Below the pieces are notes generated by a model that saw only the letters and a program-made list of their open reading frames with translations, had not been told where the DNA came from and made no database searches. Shown in pieces: positions 10,477-21,466 of a stretch of DNA of 64,000 nt (positions within the stretch are counted from its first letter, which is position 1; every line of letters begins with the position of its first letter). The stretch covers positions 288,001-352,000 of the forward strand of contig CAWAOD010000005.1 in the NCBI GenBank assembly GCA_963783575.1. The letters are read 5' to 3'. The DNA is from an uncultured Spirochaetota bacterium. Lineage in GTDB: Bacteria > Spirochaetota > Brevinematia > Brevinematales > JAOACQ01. Position numbers and translations under genes: made by a program.

Positions 10477-11014
10477 TAAAGAAATAAAGTATGACGGTAC
10501 ACAGCTGACTTCGCATTTTGCTTACAAAAATTTTAAAATCCATGGCGATAGTATAATTGCTTTTGCAGGACCGGTTAATGTCAAATTGAGTGAAATGGTT
10601 GATATTGAAGACGTAATCAATAACGAACCGATTTCCTCCGATAAAATGCTAAGTTTTATTGTTGAAACATTTGATATAAACCTGAGCGGTGCAATCTGGA
10701 TGCAGAGATTCCTTACAGCTATTATTCAGGATGAAATGAATCATAGATTGAAAGGTATTTTTATTGAAAGAGACGGTGATGACCTTTATTATAATGATCG
10801 GAAATTATCGGTATCAATAGCGACTGTCAGCCCGGTTTCTGCGTTGATACACATGGCTCTTAATATAACCGGAATAGGGGCGCCGATTCCAATAGCCAGC
10901 CTTGAAGAAACACATATAAACTATATAGAACTCGCGAAGATAATTTTGAATCGGTTCTCTCAAGAATTTGAAGAAGTCGATTATGCGAGGAAAAAAGTTA
11001 ACTGGGTTAAATAA
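10457..11014 (+). CDS. DUF366-family protein (biotin/lipoate ligase-like fold)
   Basis: YDGTQL..HFAY, GDSIIAF.GP, EMVDIED, RDGDDLY...KLSVSIAT, LIH.ALNI; overlaps the queC stop. Confidence 0.75.
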   Translation: MNYQWIDKEIKYDGTQLTSHFAYKNFKIHGDSIIAFAGPVNVKLSEMVDIEDVINNEPISSDKMLSFIVETFDINLSGAIWMQRFLTAIIQDEMNHRLKGIFIERDGDDLYYNDRKLSVSIATVSPVSALIHMALNITGIGAPIPIASLEETHINYIELAKIILNRFSQEFEEVDYARKKVNWVK

Positions 11015-11024
11015 TAACTTATAA

Positions 11025-12401
11025 TCAAAGTTTAATTCCTGCACCAATACCATAAGAAAAACCGACTTTATTATTAAGAAAATACATATAACCTGTCGGT
11101 TTTATCATTATAAACTTCCATTCAATAGACAGGAATAATCCGGCATTCATCTGGTAATTTTGTACATCCGGATAATTTGATTTTAACACATCATCCGGAT
11201 ATATGATATTAACTTTAGCATCGAGACCTATTCCCAGCCTGAAATCATAATTCATATCGCCAAGCAAATAGTAACCGGTTTCAATAAACGGCGAAATAAA
11301 GTAAAGATTGTCATTTTTTAAGCTTACATAAGAAGCGCCGGAACCGGCGCCAAACCAGAAGTACCTGCCTAGGAATACATCCAGTCCGAATGCTGCCATA
11401 CTATTATCAAGGGAATAAAGCTTTGCATGAAATAGTCCGGGGCTTTTTTCTCCGGGACTATAACTTTTTGTTTCTCCGTCATGGAGATAAAAAGAGTTTT
11501 TATAAACTTCATTTGAATGATTATCAACAACCCTTAGCGTATGATTTATTCCGGCCTGGACATTGGTAAGAATTCCTCTTTCTTTGACAATTATATCATC
11601 CACATAGATTGAATATGTTTTCCATCTGTCCTTCAAGCTTAAAGTATTGATCTTCACTGATCCAACGGCATTATGGCTGATATTAATTGTTTTATACTTT
11701 TTCAGGGTTACTTCAGCTTCCAGAGCATTTGTTTTATTCCATAGACTTTTTAAAGCGACACGGTAAACCGTATCGGGAAGTACCTTCAAATTGTAAGTAA
11801 AATCAGAATTGGTTACTTTAGCCATTATTTTATCATTAATATATAGATCGTAAATCTCAGATCCTGTCCTAAAATCACCGAAAGTGATAGTTGATATATT
11901 TACTTCAATATTTAATGTGGTTTTCACAACATCGGCTATCATTTCATCGATCGTATCAAAAATATCAACACCCGTTGATGTCTTGTAACTTTTACTAAAA
12001 ACGTTCGTGAGTTTATCTCTTGTCCAGGCTTTTAAGTCAGCCGTAACAACCGGATTATTTTTGTTTCCATCGAATTTATAACTTCCATAAATAATAATAT
12101 CCGCATCTTCATTGGTAGCTATATCAATAACATTAGAAATGTCTACCGTTATATTTGTCAATATTCCCTCTTCGGGAACATTAATCGATGGAATGAATCC
12201 GATAAATGTATAAAAGGAACGAAATAAAATGGATTTTATAATTTCACTGTTAACAAAATAGTTTGTATCAACGTTATTTTCAAATGGGATAATCAGCAGT
12301 TTACCCTTTTTCGAGGGGCCTTCGGTTTTAATTGTAATTTCATCAGCAAATGCAGTGATAGAGAAAATTAATAAAAAAAATGTAATTGCATACCATTTCA
12401 T
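11025..12401 (-). CDS. Exported hypothetical protein with probable C-terminal outer-membrane beta-strand region
   Basis: Signal peptide ending AFA; LLIIPFEN (TolB-N/CsgG-like start); alternating aromatic/glycine C-terminus. Confidence 0.6.
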   Translation of the reverse strand: MKWYAITFFLLIFSITAFADEITIKTEGPSKKGKLLIIPFENNVDTNYFVNSEIIKSILFRSFYTFIGFIPSINVPEEGILTNITVDISNVIDIATNEDADIIIYGSYKFDGNKNNPVVTADLKAWTRDKLTNVFSKSYKTSTGVDIFDTIDEMIADVVKTTLNIEVNISTITFGDFRTGSEIYDLYINDKIMAKVTNSDFTYNLKVLPDTVYRVALKSLWNKTNALEAEVTLKKYKTINISHNAVGSVKINTLSLKDRWKTYSIYVDDIIVKERGILTNVQAGINHTLRVVDNHSNEVYKNSFYLHDGETKSYSPGEKSPGLFHAKLYSLDNSMAAFGLDVFLGRYFWFGAGSGASYVSLKNDNLYFISPFIETGYYLLGDMNYDFRLGIGLDAKVNIIYPDDVLKSNYPDVQNYQMNAGLFLSIEWKFIMIKPTGYMYFLNNKVGFSYGIGAGIKL

Positions 12402-12566
12402 TATTTACCTCCTTTCCCCCAAAAAATGATTGTTGATATTTTGGAAATTTTCCAAAAAAAACATTTGTTATATTATATCTATTTTCAAAAAAAGTAAAGC
12501 AATTATAAATTCTTTCACATTTCCAACATAATTTAATAGGCGTGCTGCTTGGTTGAATTCAAATAA

Positions 12567-12616
12567 TTGACAGGATTATAATTTCTGTTATAATATTTTC
12601 TGACTTAGGAGTCGGA
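12567..12616 (+). promoter_or_regulatory. Promoter plus probable TetR operator
   Basis: TTGACA (12567), 16 bp, TATAAT (12589-12594) with extended -10 TG; palindrome TCTGACT-TAGG-AGTCGGA at 12599-12616. Confidence 0.6.
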
Positions 12617-12662
12617 TTTATTATTGTTTGTTGATTACATTTAATTTGGAGGCAATTCCGGT

Positions 12663-13286
12663 ATGAAGGCTACATTTAACCGGTTACCGGAGGAAAAAAA
12701 ACAGAGGATCATTGAGGCTTGTATAGACGAATTTGGTGAATATGGATATGACAAAGGATCAACTGACCGCATTATAAAAAGATGCGGAATATCCAAAGGA
12801 GGTCTATACGAATATATCAATTCAAAAGAAGATCTATATTTGTTTATTGTCGAATTTTGTTACACACAGTTATATAACTATCTCAACAATCATATGAAAA
12901 AAATCGGGATAAATTTTCCTGAAGATATTTTAGCAAGATTCCAGTTAGCTTCCAGTGTTGCAATAGATTATTACTTAAACCATCCGAAAGTTATTGAATT
13001 TATCGTTAAATCAAATAGTATTACAGATAAGAATCTAAGAAATAAAGTACAGAATATTTTTATGAAGCATTTTAACTTTCTTTTTGGCGATATAATTACT
13101 CAAAATTTAAGGTTTGATAAGAACAGGATTCTTGATTTATTGCAATGGCTGTTATTAAAAACCAGGAATGACTTTTTAACAGAGATCAGCAATGATAAAA
13201 ATGTTGATGCGGTAAAAAAAGCATATTTTAATGATTGGGATTTTTTTGTTGAAATATTGAAGGAAGGAATTTATAAGAAGAAATAA
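12663..13286 (+). CDS. TetR/AcrR-family transcriptional regulator
   Basis: TF.RLPEEKKQRII, STDRIIKRCGISKGGLYEYINSKEDLY HTH. Confidence 0.92.
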   Translation: MKATFNRLPEEKKQRIIEACIDEFGEYGYDKGSTDRIIKRCGISKGGLYEYINSKEDLYLFIVEFCYTQLYNYLNNHMKKIGINFPEDILARFQLASSVAIDYYLNHPKVIEFIVKSNSITDKNLRNKVQNIFMKHFNFLFGDIITQNLRFDKNRILDLLQWLLLKTRNDFLTEISNDKNVDAVKKAYFNDWDFFVEILKEGIYKKK

Positions 13287-13376
13287 AACTTCTTAATTAG
13301 TATAATTCGAATTGATATACGGCGGAGGGGCGATAATATTGATGGATTTTCTCCGTCAAATTTTTAAACAGGAGTG

Positions 13377-14657
13377 TTAATTAATACTCCTGTTTTTTAT
13401 TACCTCTGAAACATTTTCATTAAATTCTTTCCAGATTATATCTTTTAATCTCAGCACCAAACCTGAGATAATTTCACTCATATCATTCTCAATAACGTTC
13501 AATTTCAGAAGCCCGGAAATCAGTTCATTAACATTTTGGTTAGATGGTTCATTGTATGGTATAAACCCTCTTTTTCCATGGTATATAATAAGCTGATTCG
13601 TAATCAAATCCGATGTTATTTTTTCCAGATATGGATTATCAAAATAATTGAAATGAGTATTTAGAACATTAATATTTATTTTTTGATTTTTATAATATTT
13701 ATCAATGATAAAAAAAAATACTTCTATTTCATCAATAAAATAAGCATTACTAAGGGCAATCTTATCATTTAATTTTTTTGGATATTGTATAAAGTAAGCA
13801 ATTTCTGCTCCTATCAGAAATATTACCCAGATCAAGTACAGCCAACCAAAGAATATAGGTATGACAGCAAGCGAACCGTAAATTTTATAGTATCCGAGGT
13901 GATTAATATAAGATGCGAAGATATTCTTCAAAATTTCATAAAATAAACCGGTAAATAAAGCGCCTACAAAAGCAGCTCTGATTCTAACCCTGGAACCTGT
14001 CATATTATAATACATGATAAATATCAAAATAGAACTCATAACAAATGAAAAAATCAAAGTTAAAAATGGATAAAAAATATTATGGCTTTCCCTTGCAGGA
14101 ACAAATATCAATATATGTGAGATGTAAAATGATGAACCCAGCAGGACTGGACCAAGAGTTAGAACAGCCCAATATATGACTATACCGATGATCAGGTTAT
14201 TTTTATTTTTAATATTCCATATTTTATGCAGATTATTCTCTACCGTAATCATCAAGAAAACGCCGGTTAAAAGAAAAGTAACAATACTGACCGCATTGAG
14301 AGATGTTATTTTTTTAGAGAAATCCTCAATATAGTTTTGAATAACTGCAGCTTGAGTAGGAATAAAAAATTGGAATAAGAACCGTTTGACCCAATTTTGA
14401 ACTCCGGAAAATACTGAAAGATTTGTAAGTACAGATAAAGCCAGCGTAAAAATAGGCACCATGGAAATCAGTGTTGTGAAAGTCAGGGAAGCAGCCATTT
14501 GAAAGCAAGAATCTCCGGTAAATTTACCACAAAAGACAGACAATACATTGATTATCCGGCTGAATAATGTTTCTTTAAAAGTTTCATCGGTTAAAAGTCC
14601 TGCCGATTTCGGATTGTTTTTAATGTCGTCGCTCAAATCGTCATCTGATTTATTCAA
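13377..14657 (-). CDS. YihY/virulence factor BrkB family membrane protein
   Basis: AASLTFTTLISMVP, YWAVLTLGP, IYGSLAVIPIFFGWLYLIWVIFLIGAE. Confidence 0.9.
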   Translation of the reverse strand: MNKSDDDLSDDIKNNPKSAGLLTDETFKETLFSRIINVLSVFCGKFTGDSCFQMAASLTFTTLISMVPIFTLALSVLTNLSVFSGVQNWVKRFLFQFFIPTQAAVIQNYIEDFSKKITSLNAVSIVTFLLTGVFLMITVENNLHKIWNIKNKNNLIIGIVIYWAVLTLGPVLLGSSFYISHILIFVPARESHNIFYPFLTLIFSFVMSSILIFIMYYNMTGSRVRIRAAFVGALFTGLFYEILKNIFASYINHLGYYKIYGSLAVIPIFFGWLYLIWVIFLIGAEIAYFIQYPKKLNDKIALSNAYFIDEIEVFFFIIDKYYKNQKININVLNTHFNYFDNPYLEKITSDLITNQLIIYHGKRGFIPYNEPSNQNVNELISGLLKLNVIENDMSEIISGLVLRLKDIIWKEFNENVSEVIKNRSIN

Positions 14658-14666
14658 TTTTTCCTC

Positions 14667-15146
14667 CTAATAAGATTCAGGCTCTTCAAAACCATTGAAA
14701 TTCTTTAAAACCTTTTCAGCTGTTTTATAAGAAAAGCCGCGTCTTAATAAAGCATTTATTATTTTCTTCGAATCTTCCCTTAAAAATCCTTGCTTATACT
14801 TTCTCTTCAGGAATTTTTCTGCCAAAAGCGATTCTTCATAAACAGAAAATATATTCTCAATAATCTCATCAATTATTGTATTGTCAATCCCTTTTTGTTT
14901 AAGCTCGCTTTTTATTCTGTTTCTACCTATATTCTTCGATAAAGCCCTTTCCTCAGCCCATAATTTTGCGAATTTTTCATCATCCAATATGCCGTCATTT
15001 TTTAACTGGCCTATTATTTCTTCAGCATTATCAATTGAAAACCCCTTCATTTTAAGTTTATCGAAAACTTCTTTTTCACTTCTTGGCCTGTATTGTATAT
15101 ATCGGATCGCATAATTTTTTGCTTTTTCAATTTCTTCCTTGGTCAT
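14667..15146 (-). CDS. recX: Regulatory protein RecX
   Basis: YRPRSEKEV..KL, LDDEKFA, G..RIK.EL.QKGI, LLRRGFS. Confidence 0.9.
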   Translation of the reverse strand: MTKEEIEKAKNYAIRYIQYRPRSEKEVFDKLKMKGFSIDNAEEIIGQLKNDGILDDEKFAKLWAEERALSKNIGRNRIKSELKQKGIDNTIIDEIIENIFSVYEESLLAEKFLKRKYKQGFLREDSKKIINALLRRGFSYKTAEKVLKNFNGFEEPESY

Positions 15147-15302
15147 ATCATAAACTCCTTTTATTCAATCAGAGAAATTTTTATTATTATGATATAATGA
15201 TACAATATATGATATTCTTTTTAGTGACAATTTGTCAAACTTGAGTACGGATATAATTTGAGTCAAAATGATTCATATGCATCATAAAGATACAATTTAA
15301 AC

Positions 15303-15331
15303 TTGACATTGTTTTAAGTTCTGGTTATATT
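15303..15331 (+). promoter_or_regulatory. Sigma70-type promoter of clpB
   Basis: TTGACA, 17 bp, TATATT, about 30 bp upstream of the ATG, which has an AAGGAG RBS. Confidence 0.6.
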
Positions 15332-15361
15332 TTTATTTAATTAATCCATAAGGAGTCTTTT

Positions 15362-17956
15362 ATGAATCTCAACAAACTTACTGTAAAAGCCAGGGAAGTT
15401 CTTGAAAAAGCTAATGAAATGGCCAATTCCATCAATCATCAGACCGTTGATGTGGAACATCTTTTATTAAGCCTTATAGAGCAGGATGACGGCCTTGTCA
15501 AACCGATTTTACAAAACATAGAAATCAATATATCACGGCTTACAGAGTTATTGAAAGAAAGACTTGATAAAAAGCCGAAGATTTTTGGAGTAGGGCAGAC
15601 TTATCTTTCAAAAGAATTTAATGAGGCCCTTGATAACGCATCTAAAGAAGCTGGACGTTTGAGGGACGAATATATAAGTACCGAGCATCTTCTCCTGGGT
15701 ATTTTGAATGTGAACGAATCCGGATTGCAGGATATATTCCACCAAACAGGTCTTAATTATGACAGTATTTTGATTGCAATAAAAAACCTTAGAGGAAGCC
15801 AGCGTGTTACTGATGAAAGCCCTGAAGCTAAATATAAAGCTCTTGAAAAATACAGCAGGGATTTGACCGAGATGGCAAGGCAGGGTAAGCTTGATCCTGT
15901 AATAGGAAGGGATGCTGAAATTCGCCGTTCGATGCAGGTTCTATCCAGAAAAAACAAGAATAATCCGGTACTGATCGGCGAAGCGGGAGTAGGTAAAACA
16001 GCAATTGTGGAAGGAATAGCAAGGCGGATTGTATCCGGCGACGTTCCTGAAAGCCTTAAAAATAAAAGAATAGTTGCGCTTGATCTCGGGCTTATGATTG
16101 CGGGAACAAAATTCAGGGGTGAATTCGAAGAAAGACTGAAAGCCCTGCTGAAAGAAGTAACCGATTCAAATGGCGAAGTTATCATTTTTGTTGATGAACT
16201 CCATACAGTAGTCGGGGCGGGCAATGCAGAAGGCGCTGTAGATGCCGGCAATATGCTGAAACCGGCTCTGGCAAGGGGCGAGATAAAAATGATCGGAGCA
16301 ACGACAATCGATGAATACAGAAGATATATTGAAAAAGATAAAGCACTTGAAAGGCGGTTCCTACCTGTTCTGGTAAATGAACCCTCTATTGAAGACACTA
16401 TATCCATCCTGCGAGGATTGAAAGAAAAATACGAAGCTCATCATGGAATAAAGATTTCAGATTCCGCTTTGATTTCAGCTACAAACCTCTCAGTCCGTTA
16501 TATAACCGAAAGGCGGCTACCGGATAAAGCCATTGACCTTGTTGATGAGGCTGCGTCTAAAATTAGGCTTGAAATAGAGAGCCAGCCTCAGCAGATTGAT
16601 GATCTGGATAGGAAAATTATGCGCCTGACTATAGAAAAACAGGCATTATCTAAAGAAAAAACAGCCGATTCTCAAGAAAGAACGGAGCTTATAAATAAAG
16701 ATTTATCCGAACTTCAGGAAAAAGCAAATGGGTTGAAGGCGAAATGGAAGAATGAAAAGGACGTCATTAAAAGGATAAAAGAAATAACGCAGGATACTGA
16801 TAATCTTCATCAGCAGGAAGAATTGGCCGAAAGAAACGGCGATTTGAACAAGGTCGCTGAAATAAGATACGGTTTGATTCCTAAAAATGAAAAAGAATTT
16901 AAAGAACTGCAGATAAAACTAAGGGAACTTCAGGGAGACAGCCCGTTATTGAGGGAAGAAATTACGGATGAGGATATCGCAAGGATTGTATCGGAATGGA
17001 CCGGAATTCCGGTTTCAAGAATGCTTGAGACTGAAAAGCAGAAGCTGGTTCACCTTGAGGAGGAATTGCGAAAGCGCGTTGTCGGACAGGAAAGGGCAAT
17101 TAATGCTGTTTCCAATGCAGTAAGACGTTCCAGGGCAGGTATTCAGGAAGAAAACAAACCTTTAGGAAGTTTTATGTTCCTTGGGCCGACAGGTGTGGGA
17201 AAAACCGAACTTTCAAAAGCCCTTGCTGAGTTCCTTTTTGATTCCGAGAAGGCCTTGATAAGAATGGACATGAGTGAATACATGGAAAAATTCAGCGTTC
17301 AAAGATTGATCGGCGCGCCTCCCGGATATGTAGGATATGAAGAGGGAGGGCAATTGACTGAGATTGTCCGCAGGAAGCCTTATTCCGTTATACTTTTCGA
17401 TGAAATTGAGAAAGCGCATCCCGATGTATTCAATATCTTACTGCAAATCATGGACGATGGAAGGTTGACTGACGGCCAGGGAAGAACCGTGAATTTTACA
17501 AATACGATCATCATTATGACATCAAACATCGGTTCGAATGAAATACAGATCCGTGGCTTTTCCAAAGAGGAAAAGTATGGAAAAGTGGAAGATGAGATAA
17601 TGGGTATTTTAAGATCTCATTTCAGGCCTGAGTTTCTTAACCGTGTCGATGAGATTATTACTTTCGGAAGTTTAACTGAAGAGAATATATTAAAGATTGT
17701 CGATATACAGCTTGAATCAGTAAAAAAGAGGCTTGAAGATAAAAAAATTCTTCTTAAAGTCAGCATTGCCGCTAAAAAGTTCCTCGCATCAACAGGATAT
17801 GATCATACATATGGAGCGAGGCCGCTTAAACGTGTAATACAAAGGGAGATATTGGATCAACTGGCCGTTGAAATGCTTTCCGGAAGGTTCTATGAAGGCA
17901 GTACTATACTGATTGATGAAAAAGATGGAAAAATAGTTTTCAAATTGGATAAATAA
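15362..17956 (+). CDS. clpB: ATP-dependent chaperone ClpB
   Basis: Two AAA modules ([16 protein letters not shown]), coiled-coil middle domain, [20 protein letters not shown]. Confidence 0.97.
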   Translation: MNLNKLTVKAREVLEKANEMANSINHQTVDVEHLLLSLIEQDDGLVKPILQNIEINISRLTELLKERLDKKPKIFGVGQTYLSKEFNEALDNASKEAGRLRDEYISTEHLLLGILNVNESGLQDIFHQTGLNYDSILIAIKNLRGSQRVTDESPEAKYKALEKYSRDLTEMARQGKLDPVIGRDAEIRRSMQVLSRKNKNNPVLIGEAGVGKTAIVEGIARRIVSGDVPESLKNKRIVALDLGLMIAGTKFRGEFEERLKALLKEVTDSNGEVIIFVDELHTVVGAGNAEGAVDAGNMLKPALARGEIKMIGATTIDEYRRYIEKDKALERRFLPVLVNEPSIEDTISILRGLKEKYEAHHGIKISDSALISATNLSVRYITERRLPDKAIDLVDEAASKIRLEIESQPQQIDDLDRKIMRLTIEKQALSKEKTADSQERTELINKDLSELQEKANGLKAKWKNEKDVIKRIKEITQDTDNLHQQEELAERNGDLNKVAEIRYGLIPKNEKEFKELQIKLRELQGDSPLLREEITDEDIARIVSEWTGIPVSRMLETEKQKLVHLEEELRKRVVGQERAINAVSNAVRRSRAGIQEENKPLGSFMFLGPTGVGKTELSKALAEFLFDSEKALIRMDMSEYMEKFSVQRLIGAPPGYVGYEEGGQLTEIVRRKPYSVILFDEIEKAHPDVFNILLQIMDDGRLTDGQGRTVNFTNTIIIMTSNIGSNEIQIRGFSKEEKYGKVEDEIMGILRSHFRPEFLNRVDEIITFGSLTEENILKIVDIQLESVKKRLEDKKILLKVSIAAKKFLASTGYDHTYGARPLKRVIQREILDQLAVEMLSGRFYEGSTILIDEKDGKIVFKLDK

Positions 17957-17979
17957 CTTTGTTTAGGATAATATCAAAT

Positions 17980-18018
17980 AATTCGCCGTAATTAACAATT
18001 GTCATTACGGCGAATTTT
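17980..18018. terminator. Hairpin terminator between convergent genes
   Basis: AATTCGCCGTAAT ... ATTACGGCGAATT. Confidence 0.75.
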
Positions 18019-18020
18019 AT

Positions 18021-18746
18021 TTATTTACCTACCTGAGGCAAAAGCAAAGGAGATTGCGGAGCGGCAGTTATTCCCTCTTTTAAAATCAAGTCCTCGTTTC
18101 TTTTGATTTTATAGCTTTCTTTTGCTACATTTACAAAATCAGCCACCCAGCTTTGAAGTTTCTGCTGAGATAATTGAGGTGTAATAACCTGATCCATATA
18201 ATTCTTACGCTGCTGTTCATTCATTCCGCTTTTTTTGAACTGATCCTCATACTTTTTATAGATTTGATCCAATTCGATTTTTGAGGGCAGGAATGAGGAT
18301 TTATCCTGAGGAATATATTTTTGCAGGTAAATCTGGTAAACTGCCTGACGCAGGGCTGTTTTAAGGAGAAGCTGCCCTTCTTTAGATTGAACTGTACCGT
18401 CATTCAGAGCTTTTATGACAATAACATACTGCCCGATCATATTATCAAGGAATTGTTTTTTTAACGCATTTTCACTGGGGAGGCTGGCTTTTTGCGAATC
18501 CGGAATCTGGCTTATAAAATATTGATAATCTGCCTGGAATTCACTTTTTGTAATCATATAATCATCAATTTTTACCAGCCAATCCGATAAACCGCTGTTT
18601 AATTTTTCAGGAAGAAAACTAACCGAATCAGTTCCGCCGGATTTCACAGTCTTCAGCAGTAGATAAGATACCCCACCACCAACAAGGATACCTATAATTA
18701 ATGCCCCAATTACAAATGACCACATCAAATTTTTCTTATCATCCAT
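18021..18746 (-). CDS. Membrane-anchored SurA/PrsA N-terminal-like protein
   Basis: N-terminal TM; LVKIDDYMITKSEF...KKQFLDNMI pattern; no PPIase domain evident. Confidence 0.55.
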   Translation of the reverse strand: MDDKKNLMWSFVIGALIIGILVGGGVSYLLLKTVKSGGTDSVSFLPEKLNSGLSDWLVKIDDYMITKSEFQADYQYFISQIPDSQKASLPSENALKKQFLDNMIGQYVIVIKALNDGTVQSKEGQLLLKTALRQAVYQIYLQKYIPQDKSSFLPSKIELDQIYKKYEDQFKKSGMNEQQRKNYMDQVITPQLSQQKLQSWVADFVNVAKESYKIKRNEDLILKEGITAAPQSPLLLPQVGK

Positions 18747-18839
18747 CTTGTACTCCAATTTATTATTTTAGCTATTACTTTACACCTAAGAATACAAAAA
18801 ATCAAGTTTCGGATTATTTGTTAACGTGGTTTTACTACA

Positions 18840-20547
18840 CCCAAACTGAGCGATTTTTTAATAAATACCAAAAACAGGTTTATAAAAGCCAAAATTTATA
18901 AAAATTTGGATATATTTTTTTGTCACCGGTTAATTTGCCGAATTTATGCGTTTGAAAGCACTAAAATCATCAATCTCTGAGATATTTTCAATTTTTGGCG
19001 CAATACCCCCTTATTAATCCATGAAAACAGAGCGCATCTTTAAATCGGGGTAACCGTTCCGCATTTCTCCCACAAATCTAACAATTTAAACCTGTCAACT
19101 ACTTCTTCCCTGAATTTTAAAATAGCCCGCCCGCCTGTTTTAACAATCTTTCCCGCAATATCAATAAATATTCGCCTGACCGTATCCGGATAACTTTCCA
19201 CTGGTATTTCCGGTATATCCATATCCGCCTGATAAGCCGACAGCAGATTATACGCTATTATCGATAAAAAATAATATACACCGTTTGATACAAAACTCTT
19301 AAACGGCAGTGTTTCATCCACGAATTCTTTTATTCCACGGTTCACCAGTTCATCTTTTGCCCTCAGATGATAGAGCCTCACTATTTCCTCTGCCGTCATA
19401 TATTTCACAAGCCCCTTTTCTTTCAATACTTCCGCTTCTTCAAGATTTGTATAAATAATATTTTCAGGCCTGTCGAACGCTAATCTGAAAACCCCGTCTT
19501 CACATTCATATTTGGTATAAATGGCACGGTATCCCTTTTCCCAGCTATCCCGTCTGTCCCGAAAGTCCAGGTATTCAATTACATCTCCTTTTTTCTCAAA
19601 CCTTCTCCATTCTTCCGGCAATCGCTTCATCAAATCGAGTTTGATTGAATCCAGTATTCTCCCGCCGCATATAAAGAACAGTTTCAGGTCTTCCAGCTTC
19701 TTAAAATACTTTTGGTCAAAAAACCCGCTATCAGACACAACGATAATCGGCACCTCTTTGTCATAGCATTTCCGGATTTCCTTCACTGTTTCTTCCAGCA
19801 TTGTAAACAGATCGTCACCGTGATTCGGGGATTCGCTTCCTTCGTGGAACGCCAGGTTCACGATAAAACCATTCCAATACATATGCAGCGGATGATACCC
19901 GTTAACCTTTTTGTAGGTATAAGTCACGCCGTTTCGCTTTTTAGCGTCATCATTATTCAGTACCATCGTATCAAGTCCGAGAATAATAACTTTCGGGTTC
20001 TTTATCTTGAGACGCCAGACAAAAAGCTTAATTAGAATCTTTTGAAGCTCTTTAAACATTGTCTTTTTTACCACTGAAAAAATCTCTTTATCACATGGGA
20101 TGAGCACATATTGTCTTTGCTGCATTCAATGGCCTTTCTGTGCCCGATATCATTTGCCAATTCATCAAACCGGGTCATGGTAAATTTGCTTCCATCTATG
20201 AAAAACAGCATCAATTGAGAAATAATTTTTTCTATATCTTTACCTTTGCGGCTCTTGCGAATTCCCTGAAATACTTCGCTGATCAGGGGAATAACTTTAA
20301 TATTCTTGAGATATCTCAGGACAAACGTAAGCCCGCCGCGGCTGGTAAGACAATCTTTCGTTATGCCGATTTTTTGAATCTCATTTCCCTGAATTTTGCG
20401 ATTTTTATTTTTTTCAGTCATAATTTACCTGCTTTTGCACCCAATGGGTGTTATTCCGGGGTAAGGATGGCTGTAACCATTTCCTTACCCCATTTTATTT
20501 TAGCATGGTTTTATTTTTATGGATAGTTAAGAATCGCTCAGTTTAGG
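18840..20547 (-). mobile_element. IS1380-family insertion sequence, 1708 bp
   Basis: TIRs CCCAAACTGAGCGATT (18840) and reverse-complement CCTAAACTGAGCGATT (ending 20547), 15/16 match; 5-bp TSD CTACA at 18835-18839 and 20548-20552. Confidence 0.92.
19040..20421 (-). pseudogene. IS1380-family DDE transposase split by a frameshift
   Basis: LTSRGGL, LDTMV..NDDA.KR.GV..TYKKV.GYHPL, DSGFFDQ, YHLRAKDELVNR; reading frame breaks at a T6 run near 20077-20082 (adding one T restores KRFFSVVKK). Confidence 0.85.
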
Positions 20548-20924
20548 CTACAATATGTTGTACAACAATATTGTAATTTAATAAATCTTCTATTTTTCCG
20601 ATATTTTAAATTAACTTAAATAAGACTAAGTATTATTATATTCTTAATCGAAAGATTTTTTATGGATGTTTCCCTCGTTGTGCTGTAAAACTAAGAAGCG
20701 GTGGACACATTCGATAGTCTCAGTACGCCACTCGGGGAACGGTCATCGAGCTTACTGCTCTATTCTTTACAGTACTAAATTAAAGCATATGCTTCAATAG
20801 AGATGACCACTTTAGGGATATTTGATATAAAAAATCGTTCGGTTTAGGAAAGCATTTTTAATCTCTCTGTTACTTTTCAAAATAAGAAAACTAAATTATA
20901 ATAATAGTAATAAAAGGAGCAAAT

Positions 20925-21452
20925 ATGTTACGTAAAATCTCTATGATTTATACTTTTTCAATTTTAAGCATATCATTTTTAACGGCCAATATTTATTCGG
21001 CACAGGAAAAGTATATATATGATTTTTCCGAACCTGTAACGGTTGTTAAAGCCGCCTGTAAAATGCTTATGAACAGTGATTTTGAAGAAATGCTTATAGT
21101 GACCGAACTTAATGAAAAAAAAATTACTCTTGAAACCATAGATCAGATAAAATTAGATAATACCCTTAAAGAAAAAATAAAAAAAGAAGGCGAAAAGATT
21201 GAATCTTATGAAATCACCAGTATGGAAATTTATACCAATAATATTTCAAATCAAATGGTTGTAGTGAAAACTAAATGGATTGTAAAAGTGGATAATTCTA
21301 ATCCAAAAAACCCTTCGGAATTTGTGCGAATCCAGGAATCCGTTGATCCCGATAATGCAAGGCGGAGAAAATACAATTCTATTGTATTTGTAGATTATCT
21401 TTTAAAGAAATTTGAGGATAAATGGAAAATTATTTCTAAAAGAACCAGATAA
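20925..21452 (+). CDS. Exported hypothetical protein (possibly NTF2-like)
   Basis: AAGGAG RBS, signal peptide, C-terminal YLLKKFEDKWKII. Confidence 0.6.
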   Translation: MLRKISMIYTFSILSISFLTANIYSAQEKYIYDFSEPVTVVKAACKMLMNSDFEEMLIVTELNEKKITLETIDQIKLDNTLKEKIKKEGEKIESYEITSMEIYTNNISNQMVVVKTKWIVKVDNSNPKNPSEFVRIQESVDPDNARRRKYNSIVFVDYLLKKFEDKWKIISKRTR

Positions 21453-21466
21453 TAACCGCAGTTAAG

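Noticed and set aside
15220..15300. CIRCE, HAIR or CtsR operator upstream of clpB
   Set aside because: No CIRCE; only partial half-site matches (CTTGAGT, AGTCAAA) in AT-rich DNA.
15757..16407. Long antisense ORF inside clpB (and similar shadow ORFs in pta, serA, serC, pdp, argS)
   Set aside because: They overlap well-supported genes on the opposite strand and have no recognisable motifs.
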